Shown: in pieces, positions 1-12,642 of the stretch
Layout of the letters: every line of letters begins with the position of its first letter
Numbering within the stretch: position 1 is the first letter of the stretch
Source of the DNA: Actinomycetota bacterium
Lineage (GTDB): Bacteria; Actinomycetota; Actinomycetes; Actinomycetales; Microbacteriaceae
Assembly: GCA_041179725.1 (NCBI GenBank)
Contig: JBEGSY010000047.1
Span: 1-57,732 of the forward strand
Length of the DNA: 57,732 nucleotides
Reading direction: 5' to 3'
Made by a program: the position numbers and the translations under genes
The notes under the pieces: generated by a model
Databases searched by the model: none
Seen by the model: only the letters and a program-made list of their open reading frames with translations
What the model was told of the DNA's origin: nothing

Positions 1-4
1 GAAA

Positions 5-1730
<1,726 letters not shown>

Positions 1731-1732
1731 GC

Positions 1733-2935
1733 ATGCGTCGACTCGCAGATCTGCCCTCACTTGATGGCAAGCGCGTCATCATCCGCTGTGACCTAAACGT
1801 TCCACTGGATGGCGACCGCATCACCGACGACGGCCGTATCGTTGCTTCGGTACCAACCATCAAGTACTTGCTCGACCAGGGTGCAGCGGTAATTGTTATC
1901 TCTCACCTTGGCCGACCTGACGGCGCTCCAGACCCTAAGTACTCGCTGGCTCCAGCAGCAAAGCGCTTGGGTGAGCTGCTGGACCAGGACGTTTTCTTTG
2001 CAATCGACACTGTCGGCAGCGAAGCAAACGGCGCAGTAAAGGCTATGGATCGCGGTGCAGTGGTGGTTCTTGAGAACCTACGCTTCAACGCAGGCGAAAC
2101 AAGCAAGGACGCTGCGGAGCGCGAGGCATTCGCAGCCAAGTTGGCGGAATACGCTGACTTCTTCGTGAGCGATGGCTTCGGTGTGGTTCACCGCAAGCAG
2201 GCCAGCGTCTACGAATTGGCGAAACTACTACCGAGCTGCGGCGGACTTTTGATTGAGAAGGAACTCGATGTTCTAACTCGACTTACCAGCACCCCTGAGC
2301 GACCATACGCTGTGGTGCTCGGTGGCTCAAAGGTTAGCGACAAGCTTGGTGTAATCGATCACCTGCTTCCAAACGTCAACAAGCTATTGGTCGGCGGTGG
2401 AATGGTTTTCACCTTCCTAGCCGCTCAAGGTCACAAGGTCGGCGCGAGTTTGCTTGAAGCAGATCAAATCGACACCTGCAAGAACTACCTATCACGCGCC
2501 GCAGAACTTGGTGTTGAGGTTGTACTTCCAACCGACATCGTGGTTGCCAGCAAATTCGGTGCTGACGCAGAAGTTGCTGTGACCGCAGCAGACGCAATTG
2601 AAGACAGTCCATTTGGCGCCTCAGGTCTTGGTTTAGATATCGGTCCTGTATCGGCAGAACACTTTGCTTCGGTAATTCGCGAGGCTAAAACCGTTTTCTG
2701 GAACGGCCCGATGGGTGTTTTCGAAATTGACAAGTTCGCAAACGGTACTCGCCAGGTGGCAAAATCACTTACCGAAGTTAATGGTTTGTCGGTAGTTGGT
2801 GGAGGAGACTCTGCCGCTGCGGTTCGCATCCTCGGATTCGAAGATAATCAGTTCGGCTACATCTCGACCGGTGGTGGAGCGAGCCTCGAGTTCCTCGAGG
2901 GCAAAGCACTCCCAGGTATCGAAGTTCTGAAGTAA
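1733..2935 (+). CDS. pgk: Phosphoglycerate kinase
   Basis: DLNVP, SHLGRP, LENLRF, WNGPMGVFE and STGGGASLEFLEG motifs. Confidence 0.98.
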   Translation: MRRLADLPSLDGKRVIIRCDLNVPLDGDRITDDGRIVASVPTIKYLLDQGAAVIVISHLGRPDGAPDPKYSLAPAAKRLGELLDQDVFFAIDTVGSEANGAVKAMDRGAVVVLENLRFNAGETSKDAAEREAFAAKLAEYADFFVSDGFGVVHRKQASVYELAKLLPSCGGLLIEKELDVLTRLTSTPERPYAVVLGGSKVSDKLGVIDHLLPNVNKLLVGGGMVFTFLAAQGHKVGASLLEADQIDTCKNYLSRAAELGVEVVLPTDIVVASKFGADAEVAVTAADAIEDSPFGASGLGLDIGPVSAEHFASVIREAKTVFWNGPMGVFEIDKFANGTRQVAKSLTEVNGLSVVGGGDSAAAVRILGFEDNQFGYISTGGGASLEFLEGKALPGIEVLK

Positions 2936-2951
2936 TCAAGAAAGAGTAATC

Positions 2952-3737
2952 ATGAACGAACGCGTTCCATTCATTGCCGGCAACTGGAAGATGAACCTCG
3001 ATCACCAGCAGGCAATCGCACTTGTGCAGAAACTCGCCTGGTCTCTCAAGGATGCCGGTCACGATTACAAGACTGCCGAAGTTGCAGTATTTCCTCCGTT
3101 CACCGATTTGCGCACTGTGCAGACATTGCTCGACGCAGACAAATTTGAAATCGAGCTTGGCGCTCAGGATCTATCGAAGTTTGACAGCGGTGCTTACACC
3201 GGCGAAATCTCCGGTGCTTTCCTAAAGAAGCTCGATGTTAAGTACGTACTCATCGGACACAGCGAGCGTCGTCAATATCACGCTGAGAACGACGAAGTTG
3301 TCCAGGCAAAGACCGCGGCAGCCTTGCGTCACGGCATTGTTCCGGTGATTTGCGTTGGGGAGACTCTCCAGGAACTTGAGACTCAGGGAGCATCAGCAGT
3401 TCCGGTAGCTCAGACCCTGGCAGCGCTTGCCGGACACGAAAACCTTGGCGAAATCGTTATCGCTTATGAGCCAGTATGGGCAATTGGCACTGGCAAGGTG
3501 GCCACCCCTGAGGAGGCCGCAATGGTTTGCGGCAAGATCCGCGAGGCCATTGCCGAGGCTCACGGGGCTGAATTTGCCGCTGCAACCCGCATTCTGTATG
3601 GAGGTTCAGTTAAGGCAGCCAATGTTGCCGGCTTCCTGCGCAGCCCTGAAGTTGATGGTGTTTTGGTTGGCGGTGCCAGCCTGGATGCCGATGAATTCAG
3701 CGGTATCGCGCGCTTCCAGAAGCACATCGGCGTATAA
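2952..3737 (+). CDS. tpiA: Triosephosphate isomerase
   Basis: AGNWKMN, GHSERR, AYEPVWAIGTG and LYGGSV motifs. Confidence 0.98.
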   Translation: MNERVPFIAGNWKMNLDHQQAIALVQKLAWSLKDAGHDYKTAEVAVFPPFTDLRTVQTLLDADKFEIELGAQDLSKFDSGAYTGEISGAFLKKLDVKYVLIGHSERRQYHAENDEVVQAKTAAALRHGIVPVICVGETLQELETQGASAVPVAQTLAALAGHENLGEIVIAYEPVWAIGTGKVATPEEAAMVCGKIREAIAEAHGAEFAAATRILYGGSVKAANVAGFLRSPEVDGVLVGGASLDADEFSGIARFQKHIGV

Positions 3738-3769
3738 TTTTCAAGATTTAGAAAAAACCGAAGGACATC

Positions 3770-4018
3770 ATGCTAGCTCTCCAAATCGCGCTTCAGGTGC
3801 TATTGGCCATCACCAGCCTTTTGCTTACCCTGTTGATTTTGCTCCACAAGGGCCGCGGTGGTGGCTTGAGCGACATGTTCGGCGGTGGCGTTACCAGCTC
3901 AATGAACTCTTCTGGAGTAGCAGAGCGCAACCTAAACCGAATTACCATCATTCTTGGTGTGGTCTGGGTAGTCGTAATTATCACTCTCGGATTGTTTACT
4001 CGATTTAATCTCGTTTAG
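3770..4018 (+). CDS. secG: Preprotein translocase subunit SecG
   Basis: Two TM helices around LLHKGRGGGLSDMFGGG; standard position after tpiA. Confidence 0.95.
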   Translation: MLALQIALQVLLAITSLLLTLLILLHKGRGGGLSDMFGGGVTSSMNSSGVAERNLNRITIILGVVWVVVIITLGLFTRFNLV

Positions 4019-4029
4019 ATAAGGCACTT

Positions 4030-4455
4030 ATGTCAACCACAGGGGGATCAGCCATTCGAGGCTCTCGCGTCGGCGCGGGTCCGATGGGCGAAGAAGATCG
4101 TGGCTTCAAAGCAGATCGTATTGTTCGAACCTATTACTGCGTGATGGGACACCAGCAAACCCCAGCATTTGCAGCCAGCGTTCTGCCAGAAGAAATCCCG
4201 CTAGAAATTGACTGTCCAAACTGTGGCTTACCTGCTGGATTGGACTCTAAAAATCCTCCGCAGACCGCAAAGCACGAACCATACAAGACTCACTTGGCTT
4301 ACGTTAAGGAACGTCGCACCGATGCTGAGGCGAAACAACTTCTAGAAGAAGCAGTTGCCACAGTAAAAGAGAAGCGTCTTGCAGCGGTTGCCGCAGCGCA
4401 TGCCGCAGACAAAGCTGAAAAAGCTAGCGCTAAAAAGCCAGCCGCGAAAAAGTAA
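4030..4455 (+). CDS. RNA polymerase-binding protein RbpA family paralogue
   Basis: IRGSRVGAGPMGE N-terminus, C-x2-GH and CxxC ligands, KTHLAYVKERR C-terminal motif; follows secG. Confidence 0.85.
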   Translation: MSTTGGSAIRGSRVGAGPMGEEDRGFKADRIVRTYYCVMGHQQTPAFAASVLPEEIPLEIDCPNCGLPAGLDSKNPPQTAKHEPYKTHLAYVKERRTDAEAKQLLEEAVATVKEKRLAAVAAAHAADKAEKASAKKPAAKK

Positions 4456-5175
4456 TTAACAACCCCAGGTCTTGTTGCCTGCAGCTTGATCCACAAACCA
4501 AATTGTCTTTGCTTTGCCATGCACTCGACCAACCGGTAGTGACTCTGGCTCGTCTCCGAAAGCTACGCTCACTGCGTCTTGTTTGTCAGCACCAGCGACT
4601 ACAAACCAGATTTCATCCACCGAGTTCATTGCCTCGTAACTGAAACTTAGGCGCTCTTGTGGTGGCTTAGGGGAGTCGTGCTCTGCAATTACTAGTGCAC
4701 CTTGAGCGATTGGAGCTTTGCCTGGGAACAAACTGCAGATATGCCCGTCCGGCCCCATGCCAACAAATGCCAGACTGAATTTTGGCTTGAGTGTCGCCAA
4801 CTCTGCAGCAAAAAAGTTCGCAGCTTCATCGAGGTTCATGCCTTCGTCGCTAGCAGGAAATTCATGGAGATTTGTCGCCGGCAACTTGCTTAGCATTGCC
4901 TTCTTTGCCTGAACCGCATTGCGATCTGAACTTTCAGACTCAACAAATCGCTCGTCACCCCACCAAACGTGCACGCGCGACCACTCCAGCAGGTGTGCGT
5001 CCTCGCGGTCGGCGATTGCCGCCAAGGTAGCAATGCCAATAGTTCCGCCGGTCAACTGAATGTGCACTTCAGGTAGTTCGGCGAGCAATTGGCTCAGACG
5101 AGTGACGAATTCCTCGGCAGCTCCACGTGCAAGTGAATCGGCGTCCTTGAAGCGGTTTACTACGGTGTTACTCAC
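4456..5175 (-). CDS. pgl: 6-phosphogluconolactonase
   Basis: LTGG, WWGDERFV, GMGPDGHICSLFP and SPKPP motifs; last gene of the pentose phosphate operon. Confidence 0.96.
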   Translation of the reverse strand: MSNTVVNRFKDADSLARGAAEEFVTRLSQLLAELPEVHIQLTGGTIGIATLAAIADREDAHLLEWSRVHVWWGDERFVESESSDRNAVQAKKAMLSKLPATNLHEFPASDEGMNLDEAANFFAAELATLKPKFSLAFVGMGPDGHICSLFPGKAPIAQGALVIAEHDSPKPPQERLSFSYEAMNSVDEIWFVVAGADKQDAVSVAFGDEPESLPVGRVHGKAKTIWFVDQAAGNKTWGC

Positions 5176-6131
5176 TTAGTAGCCTTGGTTAACTTTGGCG
5201 CAGGCTTTGCCGGTGGAAAGTTCTTGGTGATTACCTTTCCAAACAGGTCATCCGGGTCTAGTCGACGCAAGTCTTCACTCAGGCAATCGCGCAGCGAACG
5301 GCGAGGTAGTGAAATCTCACGCGTCGGCTGGGTTGGTTGAATTAGCGTAGCCACATCCGGCACATTTCGAACAATCTCAATTGCACCTGACTTGCGAATG
5401 AGCTTTACACCCTTGATTCCGGAAACTGCCTTACCGCGTGAGGTGCGAACGAGAGAAACCTTCACCTTCAACTTCATTTCCAACCAGGCTGCAAGCAAAT
5501 CGGTGCTAGGTGAATCTACTGCGCCGGTAACTTCAACAGCGGTAACCGAATCAAATGGTGGCTGATCCAAGATTGCTGCCAACTGCGCACGCCAAAGAGT
5601 CAAGCGAGTCCACGCAAAATCACTGTCGCCAGGGGCATACGCCTTAGCCAGCTGCTTTAGGAATGCATGTGGATCTTTTTGCGACGCTGCATCGGTAATT
5701 CTGCGAGTTGAAATTCGCCCGATAGGAGAGTTAGCAACGTTGACCGGAGCATCTCCAGGCCACCAGGCAACAACAGGAGCGTCAGGAAGAAGCAATCCGG
5801 TTACTAGACCTTCAGGATGCTCTGCCGCTTCGCCATGTGCGCGCAAGATGACCACTTCAGAAGCACCGGCATCTCCGCCGACACGGATCTGTGCATCAAG
5901 TTTTGACTCCTGCTTTGATTTCTTGTCGTCCTCAGCAAGAACGATGATGCGACAAGGGTGTTCGCGTGAAGCTTCGTTAGCGGCCTTGACCGCAGCTTCG
6001 ATTCCCGAGAACTTGGTTGTGATAATCAGAGTAAGAACACGACCGAGAGCAACAACACCGCCCTCTTCGCGAATTTCAACCAGCTTCTTTGAAACCTTAC
6101 TGACTGTGGTGTTTGGTAGATCTTTAATCAC
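5172..6131 (-). CDS. opcA: Glucose-6-phosphate dehydrogenase assembly protein OpcA
   Basis: REHPCRII, GGDAGASEVV, LLLPDAPVVAWWP and DFAWTRLTLWR motifs. GTG 6131 overlaps the zwf stop (GTGA) and has a GGAG SD. Confidence 0.93.
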   Translation of the reverse strand: MIKDLPNTTVSKVSKKLVEIREEGGVVALGRVLTLIITTKFSGIEAAVKAANEASREHPCRIIVLAEDDKKSKQESKLDAQIRVGGDAGASEVVILRAHGEAAEHPEGLVTGLLLPDAPVVAWWPGDAPVNVANSPIGRISTRRITDAASQKDPHAFLKQLAKAYAPGDSDFAWTRLTLWRAQLAAILDQPPFDSVTAVEVTGAVDSPSTDLLAAWLEMKLKVKVSLVRTSRGKAVSGIKGVKLIRKSGAIEIVRNVPDVATLIQPTQPTREISLPRRSLRDCLSEDLRRLDPDDLFGKVITKNFPPAKPAPKLTKATK

Positions 6132-7669
6132 GGGATTCTCCAAGCTCGTCCGTCTTGTTGCAACATCTTGTCTGCGGATGAAGGCCCCCAGGAGCCAGGC
6201 GCATACTGCTCAGGCTTGCCCTGCTTCTCCCAGTACGCTTCGATCGGGTCAAGAATCTTCCAAGAGAGCTCTACTTCCTCATGGCGAGGGAATAGCGGCG
6301 GGTCGCCCAAAAGGACATCTAGAATCAAACGCTCATAAGCCTCAGGACTCTGCTCGGTGAAGGCGTGGCCGTAACCGAAGTCCATGGTCACATCGCGAAC
6401 CTGCATGCCAACGCCAGGCACCTTGGAACCAAAGCGGATGGTTACACCTTCGTCGGGTTGCACGCGAATCACGAGTGCATTTTGACCAAGGGCAGAGGTC
6501 TGCGATTCAGCGAATAGCTGCTGGGGCGCACGTTTGAATACCACAGCGATTTCAGTAACGCGACGGCCGAGACGCTTGCCAGCTCGAAGATAGAAAGGCA
6601 CTCCAGCCCAACGACGGGTGTTGATGTCTAGGCGCATTGCAGCATAAGTCTCAGTGACCGACTTTTTGTTCATGCCGTCTTCTTGCAAGAAGCCGGTGAC
6701 CTGCTCGCCACCCTGCCAGCCGCCAGCGTATTGGCCACGTGAGGTGTACTTTCCGAGATCCTTCGGCAAAGTAACCGCTGACAAAACCTTTTCTTTTTCA
6801 GCGCGCAAATCGGCGGCATCGAAGGAAACCGGCTCTTCCATTGCAGTTAGAGCTAACAACTGAAGTAAGTGGTTCTGAATTACGTCTCGAGCTGCTCCAA
6901 TGCCGTCGTAATAACCAGCACGACCACCAACACCAATGTCTTCAGCCATGGTGATCTGAACGTGGTCAATGTAGTTCGCGTTCCAGAGTGGCTCAAACAA
7001 TTGGTTCGCAAAACGCAAAGCCAGAATGTTTTGAACAGTTTCTTTTCCAAGGTAGTGATCGATGCGGAACACGGCATCAGGAGGGAACACCGACTCCACT
7101 ACATCGTTCAACTCACGAGCAGATTTCAAATCGTGTCCGAATGGTTTCTCAATTACTACACGTCGGAATTCATCTGGAGCTGGGTTGGCCAATCCACTGC
7201 GAGACAGTTGCTGACAGACGATTTCGAATGCCTTCGGTGGAATCGATAGATAGAAAGCGTGGTTTCCATTGGTGCCACGTTCGCGGTCGAGTTCTTCGAT
7301 GGTCTCCTTCAGGCGATCGAACGCTTTCGGGTCATCAAATTCACCAGAAACAAAGCGGATACCGGTAGATAGCTGTTCCCAAACCTCTTCAGACCAAGGA
7401 GTTCGTGCGTACTGCTGAACAGATGCCTTTACTTCTTTTCCAAAGTCCTGGTGAGCCCAATCACGGCGAGCGAAACCAACCAACGCAAAGCCTGGTGGAA
7501 GCAATCCGCGATTAGCCAAGTCATAAACCGCAGGCATCAACTTCTTACGCGAGAGGTCTCCGGTAACGCCAAAAATAATCAGCGAACTTGGTCCAGCAAT
7601 GCGATTTAGGCGGCGATCGTCAGGATCTCTTAGCGGGTTGTTTCCGGCACTAATTTTTACTGGACTCAC
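6128..7669 (-). CDS. zwf: Glucose-6-phosphate 1-dehydrogenase
   Basis: FGVTGDL, EKPFG, RIDHYLGKE and RDVIQNHLLQ motifs. Confidence 0.98.
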   Translation of the reverse strand: MSPVKISAGNNPLRDPDDRRLNRIAGPSSLIIFGVTGDLSRKKLMPAVYDLANRGLLPPGFALVGFARRDWAHQDFGKEVKASVQQYARTPWSEEVWEQLSTGIRFVSGEFDDPKAFDRLKETIEELDRERGTNGNHAFYLSIPPKAFEIVCQQLSRSGLANPAPDEFRRVVIEKPFGHDLKSARELNDVVESVFPPDAVFRIDHYLGKETVQNILALRFANQLFEPLWNANYIDHVQITMAEDIGVGGRAGYYDGIGAARDVIQNHLLQLLALTAMEEPVSFDAADLRAEKEKVLSAVTLPKDLGKYTSRGQYAGGWQGGEQVTGFLQEDGMNKKSVTETYAAMRLDINTRRWAGVPFYLRAGKRLGRRVTEIAVVFKRAPQQLFAESQTSALGQNALVIRVQPDEGVTIRFGSKVPGVGMQVRDVTMDFGYGHAFTEQSPEAYERLILDVLLGDPPLFPRHEEVELSWKILDPIEAYWEKQGKPEQYAPGSWGPSSADKMLQQDGRAWRIP

Positions 7670-9270
7670 TGGATTGCCGCCTTGATTGCTGCAATTCCAG
7701 CTTTTGCATCGGCAAGTGTCAGGGTAAGAACCGGACGACCATGGTCTGCCAAAACCTTCGCGTCACCGGCGGCCTGCGAAGCAATCAATTCACCAAAGCT
7801 GAATTCACGACCAGGAACTGCGATGTCTGTCTTAGCTGCCGAAACGATTTGCAAGTAGATTCCTTGCGCCGGGCCGCCCTTGTGGTACTGACCGGTTGAG
7901 TGCAAGAAACGTGGTGCCCAACCGAAAGTGACTGGACGACGGGTCTTGTTTGCAATTGCATCACGCAGTTCAGCTGCCTCAGCTACCGAAGTGCGGTCAA
8001 GATACGCCTGCACAGACACATAGCCGCTGTCGGTATCGAGTGACTTGAATAGAGACTTGAGTGCCTCTGTAAGGTTTGAAGCTCCATTTAGTGAAAGTGA
8101 TGCTACCCGGACTTCAACTCCGTTTTCGGAGAAAAGTGGCGCTTCAATTTCGGGACGGTCGGTCAACATTGCACGAGCAGCAATCTTTGCAGACTCAACA
8201 TCTGGCTGATCGAACGGATTTATTCCAATTAGTCGGCTGGCAATTACGGTTGCGTATTCCCAAAGCAGGAACTGTGCACCTAGGTCACCGGAGACCGCAA
8301 CTTCATCTCCGCGTGCTGCGGTGGCGTCGGCAACTAGTCGAATAGTCAAGAAGTCGGCAAGTCCACTGCGTAATTCTGCTGCGTCGGCGCCAAGTACTAC
8401 AGGAAGCACACCCTTACCGAGTTTGCCGGTTGACTCAGCGATTAGCTGTTCTGCCCAGTCTCCGAAGCCGACGATTGATGTTCCATCCGTGACGATGCCG
8501 ATTTTGTCGCGAAGACCGTACTCACCTGGAGTGGCGCCAAGTGCGGCTCCAAGAACGAGAGCCGGATTTTCAGGGGAGTCACTTGCCAAAAGTTCGGCAA
8601 CTGAGTTCGCCGAATCGAGAAGCGCCTGGATGTCAACACCGGCCAAACCTGATGGCACAAGACCGAAAGCGGTTAGTGCACTGTAACGACCACCGACGTT
8701 TGGATCAGCGTTGAAAATTCGGTAGCCATCTGCTTTAGCGGCAGCTTCCATCGGTGAACCAGGATCGGTAACGATCACGATGCGCTCGGTCTTATCGATT
8801 CCGGCATCAGTAAAGGCCTTCTCGAAGATACGCTTCTGTGAATCGGTTTCTACAGTCGAACCTGACTTTGATGAAACCACGATTGCGGTCTTGTTCAAGT
8901 CACCAGCAAGCGCAGCGCCTACTTGGTCAGCATTGGTTGAATCCAAAACCACAAGCTCAACACCAGCGGTGCCGGTGATTACCTCGGGTGCCAGTGAAGA
9001 CCCACCCATGCCACAGAGTACAAATCGATTAACGCCTTTGGCACGGAATTCATCTCGAAGTGCGAGAATATCGGCAACTACTGCCTGTGAATGAGTAGCT
9101 GAAGTTACCCATCCCAAACGGATCGAAGACTCAGACTCGGCGTCCTTACCCCACAATGTGAAGTCTTTAGCTGCGATTCGACTGGCAACCTTATCGGCAA
9201 TCAACTGTGGGACGAATTCAGAAACCGCAGCGGCAGCCGAACCGCCGGCGACAACCTTTAAAGATGACAA
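7666..9270 (-). CDS. pgi: Glucose-6-phosphate isomerase
   Basis: GMGGSSL, SKSGST, GGRYSAL, EQLIAESTGK and NPFDQPDVESAK motifs. Confidence 0.94.
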   Translation of the reverse strand: MSSLKVVAGGSAAAAVSEFVPQLIADKVASRIAAKDFTLWGKDAESESSIRLGWVTSATHSQAVVADILALRDEFRAKGVNRFVLCGMGGSSLAPEVITGTAGVELVVLDSTNADQVGAALAGDLNKTAIVVSSKSGSTVETDSQKRIFEKAFTDAGIDKTERIVIVTDPGSPMEAAAKADGYRIFNADPNVGGRYSALTAFGLVPSGLAGVDIQALLDSANSVAELLASDSPENPALVLGAALGATPGEYGLRDKIGIVTDGTSIVGFGDWAEQLIAESTGKLGKGVLPVVLGADAAELRSGLADFLTIRLVADATAARGDEVAVSGDLGAQFLLWEYATVIASRLIGINPFDQPDVESAKIAARAMLTDRPEIEAPLFSENGVEVRVASLSLNGASNLTEALKSLFKSLDTDSGYVSVQAYLDRTSVAEAAELRDAIANKTRRPVTFGWAPRFLHSTGQYHKGGPAQGIYLQIVSAAKTDIAVPGREFSFGELIASQAAGDAKVLADHGRPVLTLTLADAKAGIAAIKAAIQ

Positions 9271-9278
9271 TGTATTCC

Positions 9279-10376
9279 TTACTTTGCAGCGTTTAGTGCG
9301 TTGGTAACAGACTCAAGTAGTTCATTCCATGAAACGATGAACTTGTCGACACCTTCGGTCTCAAGTAGTTCAGTCACGTCATCGTATGAAACACCCGCAG
9401 CTGCAACTGCAGCCATGACAGCCTCGGCATCCGCGTAGTGGTTCGTGATCGAGTTGGCTGGAACTACGCCGTGATCAAAAACTGCCTCCATGGTCTTTTC
9501 TGGCATGGTGTTAACCAGGTGCGGAGCAACCAATTCGGTGACGTAAAGGGTGTCCAGTAGGTTCGGGTCCTTCACACCAGTCGACGCCATAAGCGGACGC
9601 TGAACATTGGCTCCGGCGGCCGCTAGTGCAGCCCAACCTGCGTTGTCGAATTCCTGCTCAAATACCTGATAGGCCAGACGTGCGTTTGCAAGCGCAGCCT
9701 TATTCTGCAACTCAGTATTACCGGCAGCAGCAAGACGCTTATTGATCTCAAGATCAACTCGTGAAACAAAGAAAGAAGCCACAGAGTGAATCTTGCTTAG
9801 GTCGTGGCCGTTAGCCTTTGCCTGCTCAATTCCAGCAATGTATGCAGCGATTACATCGCGGTAGCGCTGAAGAGAGAAAATCAAAGTGACGTTTACGCTA
9901 ATTCCAGCTGCGATGGTCTCAGTGATTGCAGCTAAACCATTCTTAGTCGCCGGAATCTTAATCATCACGTTTTCACGATCCACCTTGGCGAAGAGGTCCT
10001 TGGCTTGCTTCGCGGTTCCGGCAGCATCGTGGGCAAGACCAGGCTCAACCTCGATTGATACGCGGCCGTCAAATCCCTTGGTGTTGCGGTAAACATCAGC
10101 GAAGATGTCGCAAGCCTCAGCCACGTCCTGAGTGGTGATCTCGAACACAGCCTTGGCCGCATCCGCACCCTGCGCGGCTAGAGCAGCAACCTGGTCGCCG
10201 TAACCTTCACCCTTTGAAAGAGCCCCGGCAAAGATGGTCGGGTTGGTGGTTACACCAGAAACTGAACGTGTTGTGATCAAGTCCTTCAATTGACCCGAAC
10301 GAATACGTGTGCGTGAAAGGTCATCGAGCCAGATGCTGACACCATTTGCGGCTAGTTGAGCTAGTGGGTTGGTCAT
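9279..10376 (-). CDS. tal: Transaldolase
   Basis: [30 protein letters not shown] and ASFFVSRVD motifs. Confidence 0.97.
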   Translation of the reverse strand: MTNPLAQLAANGVSIWLDDLSRTRIRSGQLKDLITTRSVSGVTTNPTIFAGALSKGEGYGDQVAALAAQGADAAKAVFEITTQDVAEACDIFADVYRNTKGFDGRVSIEVEPGLAHDAAGTAKQAKDLFAKVDRENVMIKIPATKNGLAAITETIAAGISVNVTLIFSLQRYRDVIAAYIAGIEQAKANGHDLSKIHSVASFFVSRVDLEINKRLAAAGNTELQNKAALANARLAYQVFEQEFDNAGWAALAAAGANVQRPLMASTGVKDPNLLDTLYVTELVAPHLVNTMPEKTMEAVFDHGVVPANSITNHYADAEAVMAAVAAAGVSYDDVTELLETEGVDKFIVSWNELLESVTNALNAAK

Positions 10377-10387
10377 GATGATTTCCT

Positions 10388-12484
10388 TTACTTCGCCGCA
10401 GCGATTGAGTCGTGTGCTGCAGCAACAACGTTTTCTGCAGTCATTCCAAATTCACGGAATAGAGTCTTGGCGTCTGCCGAGGCACCGAAGTGCTCGATCG
10501 AAACGCTGCGGCCAAACGGGCCAACGTACTTTGTCCAACCGAGCGCCAGTCCAGCCTCAACTGAAACACGAGCCTTCACATTCTTTGGAAGTACCGATTC
10601 GCGATAGCTTTCGCTTTGTTCATCGAACCATTCCAAACATGGAGCTGAGACAACACGAGTAGCAATACCTAGAGCTTCTAGCTGCAATCGTGCTGCAACT
10701 GCGAGCTGCACTTCACTGCCGGTAGCAATCAGAATCAATTCCGGATTTCCATTTGCCGCGTCAACCAAGGTATAAGCACCTTTGGCTACGTTTTCTGCAG
10801 CGGCATAAACCGCTCCGGTCTCGTCTGCTTCACCGCGCTTGAACACAGGAATGTTTTGACGAGTGAGGGCGATACCAGCTGGTCCTTGACGACGCTCAAG
10901 CATGGTCTTCCACGCGTATGACACTTCGTTTGCATCTGCGGGACGAACCATATCTAGGTTAGGAATAGCGCGAAGAGTTGCGATCTGTTCAATTGGCTGG
11001 TGAGTCGGGCCATCTTCACCGACGGCCACGGAGTCGTGAGTCCAAACAAAAATGCTCGGCACATTCATTAGCGCTGCTAGACGCACCGCAGGACGCATGT
11101 AGTCAGAGAAAATCAAGAAGGTCCCACCGAACGCACGTGTGTTTCCGTGCAGAGTAATACCGTTGAGGATCGATGCCATAGCGTGTTCACGAATACCGAA
11201 GTGCAAAACACGACCGTATTGGTCACCAGACCATTCGTGAGTTGACCACTCACTAGGCACGAATGACTTCGCGCCCTTGATGGTGGTGAGGTTCGAGTCA
11301 GCAAGGTCAGCTGAACCACCCCAGAACTCAGGCATAACTTGAGCAATAGCGTTGATTACCTGGCCTGAAGCGGCACGAGTAGCAATCTCGGTGCCGCCCT
11401 CGAAGGTTGGCAGCGCTGAGGCAAGTTCCGCTGGTGCCTTGCCGCTCGAGATGCGGTCGAGAAGTTTCTTCTGTTCAGGATTTTCGCTGACCCAAGCGTC
11501 AAACTGAGCTTGCCAGGTTGCGCGCACCTGATCGGCGTGCTTCTGATATCCGCGAGTGTGTGCAATAACATCAGCGTCAACCTGGAAAGTCTGCTCCGGA
11601 TCAAATCCTAGAAGTGACTTCAAACCAGCGAGTTCCTCTGCACCAAGTGCAGAACCGTGAATCTTTCCGGTGTTCTGCTTCTTCGGTGAAGGCCAACCAA
11701 TAATGGTGCGAAGAGTAATCAAAGACGGCTTGTCTGTTACAGACTTAGCTTTCTCGATTGCAGCATAAAGTTCAGCGACGTCTTCTTGGTAGTCACCAGT
11801 CTTCTTCCAGTCAACTACCTGAGTGTGCCAGCCGTATGATTCATAGCGAGCGCTTAGGTTCTCGGTGAAGGCAATGTTGGTGTCATCTTCAATTGAGATC
11901 TGGTTTGAATCGTAGATAACAACTAGGTTTCCGAGTTTCTGGTGTCCGGCAAGCGAAGCAGCTTCGGCGGTTACACCTTCCTGCATATCTCCGTCACCTG
12001 CGATTACGTAAACAAAGTGATCGAAAGGCGATGTTCCCTGCGGTGCTTTCGCATCGAATAAGCCACGCTCGTAGCGAGCTGCATAAGCAAAACCTGTTGC
12101 AGAGGCTAGACCCTGCCCTAGTGGACCGGTAGTTATTTCTACACCCTTGGTGTGCCCGTATTCTGGGTGACCAGGAGTAGCAGAACCCCAAGTGCGCAGG
12201 GACTTTAGATCGTCAAGCTCTAGGCCGTATCCGTGCAGGAATAGCTGATTGTAAAGAGTAAGTGAACTGTGACCAATGGAAAGAATGAAACGGTCGCGAC
12301 CAATCCACTTTTCGTCAGAAGGATCGTGACGCATCACCTTGTTGAACAAAAGATAGGCAACCGGTGCCATTGAGATTGCGGTACCAGGGTGGCCATTGCC
12401 CACCTTTTCAACCGCGTCTGCTGCGAGTACCTTTGCTGTGTTTACTGCCTTGGTATCAAGGTCGGTCCACTGGAATGCTGACAA
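10388..12484 (-). CDS. tkt: Transketolase
   Basis: [28 protein letters not shown] and GEDGPTHQP motifs; TTG start with an AAGGAG SD. Confidence 0.98.
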   Translation of the reverse strand: MSAFQWTDLDTKAVNTAKVLAADAVEKVGNGHPGTAISMAPVAYLLFNKVMRHDPSDEKWIGRDRFILSIGHSSLTLYNQLFLHGYGLELDDLKSLRTWGSATPGHPEYGHTKGVEITTGPLGQGLASATGFAYAARYERGLFDAKAPQGTSPFDHFVYVIAGDGDMQEGVTAEAASLAGHQKLGNLVVIYDSNQISIEDDTNIAFTENLSARYESYGWHTQVVDWKKTGDYQEDVAELYAAIEKAKSVTDKPSLITLRTIIGWPSPKKQNTGKIHGSALGAEELAGLKSLLGFDPEQTFQVDADVIAHTRGYQKHADQVRATWQAQFDAWVSENPEQKKLLDRISSGKAPAELASALPTFEGGTEIATRAASGQVINAIAQVMPEFWGGSADLADSNLTTIKGAKSFVPSEWSTHEWSGDQYGRVLHFGIREHAMASILNGITLHGNTRAFGGTFLIFSDYMRPAVRLAALMNVPSIFVWTHDSVAVGEDGPTHQPIEQIATLRAIPNLDMVRPADANEVSYAWKTMLERRQGPAGIALTRQNIPVFKRGEADETGAVYAAAENVAKGAYTLVDAANGNPELILIATGSEVQLAVAARLQLEALGIATRVVSAPCLEWFDEQSESYRESVLPKNVKARVSVEAGLALGWTKYVGPFGRSVSIEHFGASADAKTLFREFGMTAENVVAAAHDSIAAAK

Positions 12485-12642
12485 AACAGCTCCTTCTTTA
12501 ATGAGGGAAATAAGATGTGGCGTCTATGCCGATAGAGAAGGTACTGGCTGCGGAAAAGGCCAAATCTCGTAATGCCCATTCTAATAGCGGGGTAGAGTGC
12601 AACCGGAATAAGGGGTCGGGCAATTCGCTTAGACTTTTAGCG

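Noticed and set aside
12605-12629. GGAAT-N17-GCT upstream of ctaB as a third ECF promoter
   Set aside because: It lacks the GTT, and a leaderless TAGACT promoter already explains ctaB.
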